Origin: Auanema rhodensis
Taxonomy: Eukaryota; Animalia; Nematoda
Reading direction: 5' to 3'
Assembly (NCBI GenBank): GCA_964057225.1
Contig: OZ059899.1
Span: 12,338,001 to 12,402,000 of the forward strand
DNA: 64,000 nucleotides
In this document: positions 14,301-25,700 of the stretch, in pieces
How the letters are laid out: every line of letters begins with the position of its first letter
How positions within the stretch are numbered: position 1 is the stretch's first letter
The notes under the pieces: generated by a model
Seen by the model: only the letters and a program-made list of their open reading frames with translations
Database searches by the model: none
What the model was told of the DNA's origin: nothing
Position numbers and translations under genes: made by a program

Positions 14301-17300
14301 CAGACAACAGGTGAGATGGCCGAGCGGTCTAAGGCGCTGGTTTAAGGCACCAGTCTCTTCGGAGGCGTGGGTTCGAATCCCACTCTCATCAGAATCCTTT
14401 TATTGTATAAAACTTTTTGATATATACGAAGGGTCGATCGGGATCATTTGATTATCAAGAGTTTCAACAGACAACAGGTGAGATGGCCGAGCGGTCTAAG
14501 GCGCTGGTTTAAGGCACCAGTCTCTTCGGAGGCGTGGGTTCGAATCCCACTCTCATCAGAATCCTTTTATTGTATAAAACTTTTTGATATATACGAAGGG
14601 TCGATCGGGATCATTTGATTATCAAGAGTTTCAACAGACAACAGGTGAGATGGCCGAGCGGTCTAAGGCGCTGGTTTAAGGCACCAGTCTCTTCGGAGGC
14701 GTGGGTTCGAATCCCACTCTCATCAGAATCCTTTTATTGTATAAAACATTTTGATATATACGAAGGGTCGACAAGAACCATTTGAGCATCAAGAGTTTCA
14801 ACAGACAACAGGTGAGATGGCCGAGCGGTCTAAGGCGCTGGTTTAAGGCACCAGTCTCTTCGGAGGCGTGGGTTCGAATCCCACTCTCATCAGAATCCTT
14901 TTATTATATAAAACATTTTGATATATACGAAGGGTCGACAAGAACCATTTGAGCATCAAGAGTTTCAACAGACAACAGGTGAGATGCCCGAGCGGTCTAA
15001 GGCGCTGGTTTAAGGCACCAGTCTCTTCGGAGGCGTGGGTTCGAATCCCACTCTCATCAGAATCCTTTTATTATATAAAACATTTTGATATATACGAAGG
15101 GTCGACAAGAACCATTTGAGCATCAAGAGTTTCAACAGACAACAGGTGAGATGGCCGAGCGGTCTAAGGCGCTGGTTTAAGGCACCAGTCTCTTCGGAGG
15201 CGTGGGTTCGAATCCCACTCTCATCAGAATCCTTTTATTATATAAAACATTTTGATATATACGAAGGGTCGACAAGAACCATTTGAGCATCAAGAGTTTC
15301 AACAGACAACAGGTGAGATGGCCGAGCGGTCTAAGGCGCTGGTTTAAGGCACCAGTCTCTTCGGAGGCGTGGGTTCGAATCCCACTCTCATCAGAATCCT
15401 TTTATTATATAAAACATTTTGATATATACGAAGGGTCGACAAGAACCATTTGAGCATCAAGAGTTTCAACAGACAACAGGTGAGATGCCCGAGCGGTCTA
15501 AGGCGCTGGTTTAAGGCACCAGTCTCTTCGGAGGCGTGGGTTCGAATCCCACTCTCATCAGAATCCTTTTATTATATAAAACATTTTGATATATACGAAG
15601 GGTCGACAAGAACCATTTGAGCATCAAGAGTTTCAACAGACAACAGGTGAGATGGCCGAGCGGTCTAAGGCGCTGGTTTAAGGCACCAGTCTCTTCGGAG
15701 GCGTGGGTTCGAATCCCACTCTCATCAGAATCCTTTTATTATATAAAACATTTTGATATATACGAAGGGTCGACAAGAACCATTTGATTATCAACAGTTT
15801 CAACAGACAACAGGTGAGATGGCCGAGCGGTCTAAGGCGCTGGTTTAAGGCACCAGTCTCTTCGGAGGCGTGGGTTCGAATCCCACTCTCATCAGAATCC
15901 TTTTATTATATAAAACATTTTGATATATACGAAGGGTCGACAAGAACCATTTGAGCATCAAGAGTTTCAACAGACAACAGGTGAGATGGCCGAGCGGTCT
16001 AAGGCGCTGGTTTAAGGCACCAGTCTCTTCGGAGGCGTGGGTTCGAATCCCACTCTCATCAGAATCCTTTTATTATATAAAACATTTTGATATATACGAA
16101 GGGTCGACAAGAACCATTTGAGCATCAAGAGTTTCAACAGACAACAGGTGAGATGGCCGAGCGGTCTAAGGCGCTGGTTTAAGGCACCAGTCTCTTCGGA
16201 GGCGTGGGTTCGAATCCCACTCTCATCAGAATCCTTTTATTGTATAAAACTTTTTGATATATACGAAGGGTCGATCGGGATCATTTGATTATCAAGAGTT
16301 TCAACAGACAACAGGTGAGATGGCCGAGCGGTCTAAGGCGCTGGTTTAAGGCACCAGTCTCTTCGGAGGCGTGGGTTCGAATCCCACTCTCATCAGAATC
16401 CTTTTATTATATAAAACATTTTGATATATACGAAGGGTCGACAAGAACCATTTGAGCATCAAGAGTTTCAACAGACAACAGGTGAGATGGCCGAGCGGTC
16501 TAATGCGCCGGTTTAAGGCACCAGTCTCTTCGGAGGCGTGGGTTCGAATCCCACTCTCATCAGAATCCTTTTATTATATAAAATATTTTGATATATACGA
16601 AGGGTCGACAAGAACCATTTGAGCATCAAGAGTTTCAACAGACAACAGGTGAGATGGCCGAGCGGTCTAAGGCGCTGGTTTAAGGCACCAGTCTCTTCGG
16701 AGGCGTGCGTTCGAATCCCACTCTCATCAGAATCCTTTTATTATATAAAACATTTTGATATATACGAAGGGTCGACAAGAACCATTTGAACATCAAGAGT
16801 TTCAACTGACAACAGGTGAGATGGCCGAGCGGTCTAAGGCGCTGGTTTAAGGCACCAGTCTCTTCGGAGGCGTGGGTTCGAATCCCACTCTCATCAGAAT
16901 CCTTTTATTGTATAAAACATTTTGATATATACGAAGGGTCGACAAGAACCATTTGAGCATCAAGAGTTTCAACAGACAACAGGTGAGATGGCCGAGCGGT
17001 CTAAGGCGCTGGTTTAAGGCACCAGTCTCTTCGGAGGCGTGGGTTCGAATCCCACTCTCATCAGAATCCTTTTATTATATAAAATATTTTGATATCTACG
17101 AAGTGTCGACAAGAACCATTTGAGCATCAAGAGTTTCAACAGACAACAGGTGAGATGGCCGAGCGGTCTAAGGCGCTGGTTTAAGGCACCAGTCTCTTCG
17201 GAGGCGTGGGTTCGAATCCCACTCTCATCAGAATCCTTTTATTGTATAAAACATTTTGATATATACGAAGGGTCGATCGGGATCATTTGATTATCAAGAG

Positions 17301-20246
17301 TTTCAACAGACAACAGGTGAGATGGCCGAGCGGTCTAAGGCGCTGGTTTAAGGCACCAGTCTCTTCGGAGGCGTGGGTTCGAATCCCACTCTCATCAGAA
17401 TCCTCTTATTATATAAAACATTTTGATATATACGAAGGGTCGACAAGAACCATTTGAGCATCAAGAGTTTCAACAGACAACAGGTGAGATGGCCGAGCGG
17501 TCTAAGGCGCTGGTTTAAGGCACCAGTCTCTTCGGAGGCGTGGGTTCGAATCCCACTCTCATCAGAATCCTTTTATTGTATAAAACATTTTGATATATAC
17601 GAAGGGTCGATCGGGATCATTTGATTATCAAGAGTTTCAACAGACAACAGGTGAGATGGCCGAGCGGTCTAAGGCGCTGGTTTAAGGCACCAGTCTCTTC
17701 GGAGGCGTGGGTTCGAATCCCACTCTCATCAGAATCCTTTTATTGTATAAAACATTTTGTTATATACGAAGTGTCGACAAGAACCATTTGAGCATCAAGA
17801 GTTTCAACAGACAACAGGTGAGATGGCCGAGCGGTCTAAGGCGCTGGTTTAAGGCACCAGTCTCTTCGGAGGCGTGGGTTCGAATCCCACTCTCATCAGA
17901 ATCCTTTTATTGTATAAAACATTTTGATATATACGAAGGGTCGATCGGGATCATTTGATTATCAAGAGTTTCAACAGACAACAGGTGAGATGGCCGAGCG
18001 GTCTAAGGCGCTGGTTTAAGGCACCAGTCTCTTCGGAGGCGTGGGTTCGAATCCCACTCTCATCAGAATCCTTTTATTATATAAAACATTTTGTTATATA
18101 CGAAGGGTCGATCGGGATCATTTGATTATCAAGAGTTTCAACAGACAACAGGTGAGATGGCCGAGCGGTCTAAGGCGCTGGTTTAAGGCACCAGTCTCTT
18201 CGGAGGCGTGGGTTCGAATCCCACTCTCATCAGAATCCTTTTATTATATAAAACATTTTGTTATATACGAAGTGTCGACAAGAACCATTTGAGCATCAAG
18301 AGTTTCAACAGACAACAGGTGAGATGGCCGAGCGGTCTAAGGCGCTGGTTTAAGGCACCAGTCTCTTCGGAGGCGTGGGTTCGAATCCCACTCTCATCAG
18401 AATCCTTTTATTGTATAAAACATTTTGATATATACGAAGGGTCGACAAGAACCATTTGAACATCAAGAGTTTCAACTGACAACAGGTGAGATGGCCGAGC
18501 GGTCTAAGGCGCTGGTTTAAGGCACCAGTCTCTTCGGAGGCGTGGGTTCGAATCCCACTCTCATCAGAATCCTTTTATTATATAAAACATTTTGATATCT
18601 ACGAAGGGTCGACAAGAACCATTTGAGCATCAAGAGTTTCAACAGACAACAGGTGAGATGGCCGAGCGGTCTAAGGCGCTGGTTTAAGGCACCAGTCTCT
18701 TCGGAGGCGTGGGTTCGAATCCCACTCTCATCAGAATCCTTTTATTGTATAAAACATTTTGATATATACGAAGGGTCGATCGGGATCATTTGATTATCAA
18801 GAGTTTCAACAGACAACAGGTGAGATGGCCGAGCGGTCTAAGGCGCTGGTTTAAGGCACCAGTCTCTTCGGAGGCGTGGGTTCGAATCCCACTCTCATCA
18901 GAATCCTTTTATTGTATAAAACATTTTGATATATACGAAGGGTCGACAAGAACCATTTGAGCATCAAGAGTTTCAACAGACAACAGGTGAGATGGCCGAG
19001 CGGTCTAAGGCGCTGGTTTAAGGCACCAGTCTCTTCGGAGGCGTGGGTTCGAATCCCACTCTCATCAGAATCCTTTTATTGTATAAAACATTTTGATATA
19101 TACGAAGGGTCGATCGGGATCATTTGAGCATCAAGAGTTTCAACAGACAACAGGTGAGATGGCCGAGCGGTCTAAGGCGCTGGTTTAAGGCACCAGTCTC
19201 TTCGGAGGCGTGGGTTCGAATCCCACTCTCATCAGAATCCTTTTATTATATAAAATATTTTGTTATCTACGAAGGGTCGACAAGAACCATTTGAGCATCA
19301 AGAGTTTCAACAGACAACAGGTGAGATGGCCGAGCGGTCTAAGGCGCTGGTTTAAGGCACCAGTCTCTTCGGAGGCGTGGGTTTGAATCCCACTCTCATC
19401 AGAATCCTTTTATTATATAAAATATTTTGATATCTACGAAGGGTCGACAAGAACCATTTGAGCATCAAGAGTTTCAACAGACAACAGGTGAGATGGCCGA
19501 GCGGTCTAAGGCGCTGGTTTAAGGCACCAGTCTCTTCGGAGGCGTGGGTTCGAATCCCACTCTCATCAGAATCCTTTTATTGTATAAAACATTTTGATAT
19601 ATACGAAGGGTCGATCGGGATCATTTGATTATCAAGAGTTTCAACAGACAACAGGTGAGATGGCCGAGCGGTCTAAGGCGCTGGTTTAAGGCACCAGTCT
19701 CTTCGGAGGCGTGGGTTCGAATCCCACTCTCATCAGAATCCTTTTATTATATAAAACATTTTGATATCTACGAAGGGTCGACAAGAACCATTTGAGCATC
19801 AAGAGTTTCAACAGACAACAGGTGAGATGGCCGAGCGGTCTAAGGCGCTGGTTTAAGGCACCAGTCTCTTCGGAGGCGTGGGTTCGAATCCCACTCTCAT
19901 CAGAATCCTTTTATTGTATAAAACATTTTGATATATACGAAGGGTCGATCGGGATCATTTGATTATCAAGAGTTTCAACAGATAACAGGTGAGATGGCCG
20001 AGCGGTCTAAGGCGCTGGTTTAAGGCACCAGTCTCTTCGGAGGCGTGGGTTCGAATCCCACTCTCATCAGAATCCTTTTATTGTATAAAACATTTTGATA
20101 TATACGAAGGGTCGATCGGGATCATTTGATTATCAAGAGTTTCAACAGACAACAGGTGAGATGGCCGAGCGGTCTAAGGCGCTGGTTTAAGGCACCAGTC
20201 TCTTCGGAGGCGTGGGTTCGAATCCCACTCTCATCAGAATCTTTTT

Positions 20247-20591
20247 CGTTCCGTTATGCTCCTGCGTCGATAATATAAACCATTGTAGTTTATACTATGA
20301 CGCGCATAGTATTCCTTGGTGTAGCGGTAAGGAATAAAGAGCATAAGGTCAATCATAAGATAAAAGAGAGAAAGATTTATTGGCATGAAACTACAACAAT
20401 AATATACAAAGATAAAGATACAATACAATAAGATAAATATAAGTATAAAGACTAAACTACAAGCCGTCCATGAGCTTGCTAAGAGGCGAACTCCCGACCA
20501 AGGGAACGAGGGAAGGCGGAGCCATTCCTCGGTCCTCTGGTCGTCTGGCTCTAACCCTTCAGCTACATATATGGGGAGTCCGAATGGAACG
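20247..20591 (-). repeat. E1 3' LTR
   Basis: Direct repeat of 31766-32110 with termini CGTTCC...GGAACG; the PPT precedes it on the minus strand. Confidence 0.95.
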
Positions 20592-20602
20592 TGCCCTTTT
20601 TC
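20592..20602 (-). promoter_or_regulatory. E1 polypurine tract
   Basis: GAAAAAGGGCA abuts the 3' LTR; E2 has GAAAAAATGGCA at the same position. Confidence 0.8.
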
Positions 20603-21287
20603 AAAGATTTTTCGCGTCCGCGCGATATAAAGTGTTTTTAGTGTATATGTAGCTGAGTTTTAGAGTCTAGGAGTTTACAAATAAAATTAAAAGTTTTAAA
20701 ATCTACATGTAGAAAGATATATAAATAGTTTTAATAGGATTCTTTATGGTATTAAGATAGAATTTGAATACAATAATAGGTTTTACGTTATTTTGTAACG
20801 GAGGATTAGAAAATAAATTTAGTCACTGTAGTACTGTAATAAAAAAAAATTTTCTTTGTTTCATGAATGTGTGATTTATGTGAGACAATAAGGAATTATT
20901 AAACATTTCGCGTACATGGTTACTCGTATCCTAATGATGATGGGGATAATTTTAGTTAATAATTTACTCGTCTCCATATGTCTCTCTAAATGAATCCTTG
21001 AGTACTAATGGAGGCTACCACTCAGATGGGGTGTGGCTTAGGCGCCTGCCAATGTTCGTCTCTTCTTGGAGATACATGTGGAGCTCAGTTTAGCGCAAAA
21101 TATTATCTCTATCGGTCGTATAGGATTACGGTAGCCATTTATTTCTATTATATTCTCACTTATTCCTTAGTTTTGGTTGTTTACTCACTTAATCTCTCAT
21201 CAAAAAGTTTTCTAATTCACCGTTACTTTCATTTTACAATTTACAGAAAAGAAAAGAATGTATATAAAGTTATTTCTTGTCGTCTTT

Positions 21288-22646
21288 TCATGCTTTCTCT
21301 TTTTGATTTTTCATCCGTGGTAACCATAATTCATCTCCATCTTCGTTCTCTGATTCCGGTTCGCTATCGGTGTTATCTTGCTCGTTTCTTTTGATCACTC
21401 TTAGTATCTCTATATCGCTGTCCTCTTCTTCTTCTTCGTAATTGTTGCGTGTATTAGAGCGGGTATTGTGAGTGATATTTTGAGTCGCGTTTGAGAAGAG
21501 TTTGAGATTATCCTTGTGGATATCTTGTATCTTTCCTGATGAATTCCTTATCTGCACCTTGGATCCTTGTACGTTAATAACTTCGTAAGGTCCGTCATAG
21601 CTTTTCCTCAGTTTCTGACCAATTTTATGTGACTTTATTGTTGTCATCACCATGTCGCCGGGTTGAATGTTCCTTTCGTGCGTCCTTTGTGTTCTATCCT
21701 TCTTCTTTCTGGCGTTTTCTTGGTTTTGGGCGATACGTTCACGTATTATTTGGTCTATTTTCATCATTTGAGGTCTTCTCGTGAGTAATTCTTCCGAAAT
21801 CTCTTTGATTTTTGTTATGGTTCCCGGTAATTCGGCATCAATTTTCATTCTGCATTCTTTTCCAAAAAGTGCTACGTATGGGGCTATGCCTGTTGTAGCA
21901 TGCTGAATGTTATTGATAGCGAATGTAATTTTCGGCAATACGCTATCCCAGTCGCTTAGATCTTCCTTCAAGTAGTGTGTTAATCCTTCCTCAAGAGTTC
22001 TGTGTAGTCTTTCGACTTGTCCGTTTGAGTTCTTTTGGTGAGGAAGGGTGGGTTCATGTTGAATTCCCAGTTTTGTACACATTTCTTCAAACTTTTGAGA
22101 TACAAAATTAGATCCTCTATCGGTGATCAGTCGATGAGGCGGTCCGTATATGTATACAAAGTTGCGTAGAAATCTGTCAATTGTTATTTCTGTCGTAATT
22201 TGCGGTACTGCTATCGTTGTTGACCATTTAGTAAAAGCATCCTGGATGGTAATAACGTAAGTACAATTCCTTTTTGACGGGGGAAAAGGTCCCATTACAT
22301 CCATATGAACTCGTTCAAAAGGCTTGGTCGGTATTTCAAATTGACCTATTGGCTGTACTGTCATAGAATGTGGGTCCTTCTTCCTTTGTGCGCATTTAAT
22401 GCAGTTTTTGATATATATCATGATATCATTTTGCATGTTGGTCCAATAAAATCTCCGTAGGATAGCTTCTTTAGTTTTATTAATTCCTTGATGCGCTGCG
22501 ATTGTAGGATCTTCGTGAAATAATTCTATTATCTCGTCCTTGATTGGATGATCTTGTGGCACAACGATTGCAGGATGTGGTTTCTTGTCTGTTGGTTTTG
22601 TGTAGAGTAATCCATTTATAACGCAATATCTATCGTTAGAGACCAT
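21288..22646 (-). CDS. E1 integrase, disconnected from pol by an out-of-frame deletion (the frame is open back to about 22765)
   Basis: HHCC motif (FHED..AHQG...CIKC), catalytic core (VHMDVMGP, ITDRGSNF, NGQVERLH) and GPY/F motif YDGPY. No chromodomain. Confidence 0.92.
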   Translation of the reverse strand: MVSNDRYCVINGLLYTKPTDKKPHPAIVVPQDHPIKDEIIELFHEDPTIAAHQGINKTKEAILRRFYWTNMQNDIMIYIKNCIKCAQRKKDPHSMTVQPIGQFEIPTKPFERVHMDVMGPFPPSKRNCTYVITIQDAFTKWSTTIAVPQITTEITIDRFLRNFVYIYGPPHRLITDRGSNFVSQKFEEMCTKLGIQHEPTLPHQKNSNGQVERLHRTLEEGLTHYLKEDLSDWDSVLPKITFAINNIQHATTGIAPYVALFGKECRMKIDAELPGTITKIKEISEELLTRRPQMMKIDQIIRERIAQNQENARKKKDRTQRTHERNIQPGDMVMTTIKSHKIGQKLRKSYDGPYEVINVQGSKVQIRNSSGKIQDIHKDNLKLFSNATQNITHNTRSNTRNNYEEEEEDSDIEILRVIKRNEQDNTDSEPESENEDGDELWLPRMKNQKEKA

Positions 22647-22741
22647 TTTCTTTTGCGTTCTATATTCGATGTCCGCGATTGTTTTCTTTATCCATAGAGT
22701 ATTTTGTTGAATTTCTTTTATAGCAGGTGTATCAATAGTAT

Positions 22742-25700
22742 TTATTCTGATCGATTCTGCGTTCCCAGTATGTATGTGCGAAATTGATTCAGTGCGTATA
22801 CTAACCCTAAGGCTTCAATTTCGATTGGTGCGTAATTGCGTTCCGCTTTTACCAGTTTTCTGCTGGCAAATGCGATAGGATGAAGATGCTTCAATGGTTG
22901 CGTGGGATCTTCTGGTTGCAATAATACTGCGCCCACTGCTATGTTGCTGCCGTCACTCTCGATAATGAATAATCGATCAGATTTTGGTGGACTTAATACG
23001 GGCGCTTGGGTGAGACTTCTTTTTAATCGATCTACAGCTTCCTGATGTTGCTTTTCCCAAGCGAATTCGGTATCCGTCTTTGTCAAATCGTACAATGGGC
23101 TTGCGATACTTGCAAAATCTTTAATGAATTTGCGAAAAAATCCAACCATTCCTAAGAATGCGCGAACGCCTGTTGCGTTCTTTGGTGCCGGATATTCTTG
23201 TATCGCAGCCACTTTTTGAGGGTCCGGTTTTATTCCTTCTCTTCCAATAATTAATCCGAGAAATTTTACTTCTGGTTGAGCAAAGGCACATTTCTTTAAC
23301 TTAATTTTCATTCCCAAACTTTCGACCGCGTATAATAATTCGTCGATATCTTCAAGGTGTTGCTTTCTTGTATCAGAGATTATCAGCAGATCGTCCAAGT
23401 ATACAAATAATTTGCAAGAGCATTTACTTTGCAAATATCTTACTGCTGTTTGAAAAGTATGAGGGGCTCCACAGAGACCCATAGGCATTCTTTTATATTG
23501 ATACGTGCCTGATGTTGTTGTAAATGCTGTTAAAGGACGATCAGATTTACGTAGTGATATTTGAAAAAATCCTGATACTAAATCAAAGTTTGAGAAGAAT
23601 TGAGCTCCAGCTGCCATGTCAACTATATCCGATATGCTTGGTATAACGTATGTTTGTTTACGCGTGACACTATTGAGGGCTCGAAAATCTGTCACGAACC
23701 TATATGTCTCATCCTTCTTCTTCACTAGCACAGCAGGGCTATTGAAGAGGGATGTAGAGGGTTCGATTATGCCTTGCTCTAGCATTTCTTTTACTTGCTT
23801 TTCCACTTCTTCCTGTTTACCAAGTGGAATCCTCGTTATTCTTGACCTTGGCATGTCCATATCCGATCTTAGTGGAATTGTATGCTCAATGGGTCCTTTA
23901 AATAGACCTATCTTCCTATCTTCATTAAGAAAGGCCTCACGATGGTTCTTAACTATGTTTGTGAGCTCGTGCTTGTCTTCATTATTCAAATCTGCTTTAT
24001 CCAGATTAAGGTCATTCATAAAATTTCTTGGAAAGTGGGGTAATTTATTCTCCCAATCTGCTTCTGGTGGAATATATGGTTGCATAGGGTCTTCTTGTAT
24101 TGTTTGCCAGCTTGGTACTTCTCCTATTGTTGCCTGCCCTATGACTGAATTAGCTTCCATAGCTAATGTTTTGTCCGTATTGTTACGGAAAACTACATAT
24201 ACTCCACTTGTCTCACGGAAAGCTGTTGGATAACTTGAAGCTAATGCATTTCCGTTGTCCCCTAAGATTACCACTTCGTTTGATTTGAGTGGTCTATCAG
24301 CTTTGATTGGAATAGTGGACTCTTCATCGGGTTGTATGATTCTTTTCTTCAAATTGATGATATTTACTGTTATTGCCGTTTGTTTAATGGCGTCCTGTTC
24401 AATTAAAGGGAGTGCGTAATTTCCGATCTCTAGCATCTTTTTCGATGGTTTTAAACTGACATCAATGTTTTCACTGTCGAGCGTGCTCATAAAGTCCATC
24501 CCAATAAGAGCAGGGGCTGGGCAATCACAGTCATTTGAGACCAAAAAGGTATGTTCTATCTCATAGCCAGCAATTTCGATGTTTAAATTTATTTTTCCGT
24601 ATAATGTAAACGTTGTTTTGTTTGCTGCCATTGCCACTAATCGTCGCTTTTTGACGTGTTGAGCCATGTTCAGGTATTTTAATGTCGATAGCCTGACATA
24701 TGAGACTGACGAGCCTGAATCCCATAAAGCTAATATCAGCTTATCTTCTACTGATATATAGATAAGTGGTAGCTTTGTTTCTTTTGATTTAATAAAAGCA
24801 ATAAATGGTATTGCTAGTGGAATGAATGTTACGAGCGCCGGGTAATACTGCTTCATTATATTTTCTGGCATTGGTTGGTCTGGGCGGCTAACGAGTTCTA
24901 ATGTTTCCTCGTAGCCTGGGGGCTCGTTGTCTGCTCTTTGAATATGCATGACTGGTAGTGGCATTGCTTTGAAAAAGTAAAATTTTCCGGCAAAGATGGT
25001 AATTATGATTGCTGCAATGATTAGAACAGTAGATCCTATTAATATTAAGGTTCTTTCAATTGTCCCCATTAAGAATTGTTTTATGCTATTCCCGGCTGTA
25101 GTTGTGAACTCAGTTGCTTTCGAAATATAATCGCTGCCCTTTTTCAAAAGAATAAAGGCTGACGTTATCTTTGGGTCGTTGTGAATCGTATTTAGTACGT
25201 GATTTTGTCGTATTGAAGCTAAACTAGCTCCATACGCTATTGCGGTAGTCATTGAATAGACTCTTGATGAAAGATTAGTATAAAGATGAGCACCTGTAAA
25301 TTTTAAAGGCGTAACTTTATGTTGGTGAGCTCCATCAAAAAGTGTGATGGGATTGACTTCCACAGACCCATTAATGTTCATCCATTCCCCGTTTTTCTCA
25401 TAAATATCAGTTGGTACGTGTTCGCAGTCGATTTCTTTCCCGTACGAGAGTAAATCTCTTGATCCCGGTGCTGCGAAATATAATTTGTTGTCTTCGGTTG
25501 TTACTGGTGTCTCTAAGTAACATGTTTCATTGATTTTATGAGAGTGGTGAACGGTTTTAGGCTCTATTGGAAGGCATATGTGAACATGAACTATTTCGCT
25601 GCCCACGAAACGCGCTGCTATGTCTTCTCTGCCAAGGATTGTTCTCATTGCTATGGTTGGCTCTATTTGGAGAATTGAACGCCACAATTCGAGATATCTA

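Larger units (their letters stand above)
2286..20246 (+). tRNA. tRNA-Leu(AAG) tandem array block 1, 108 copies at 167-bp period
   Basis: First gene starts at 2286 and last at 20155; the difference 17869 = 107 x 167. Confidence 0.95.

Noticed and set aside
22730-22790. Programmed -1 frameshift between RNase H and integrase
   Set aside because: There is no slippery heptamer, and conserved RNase H residues are missing, so a deletion is the simpler explanation.
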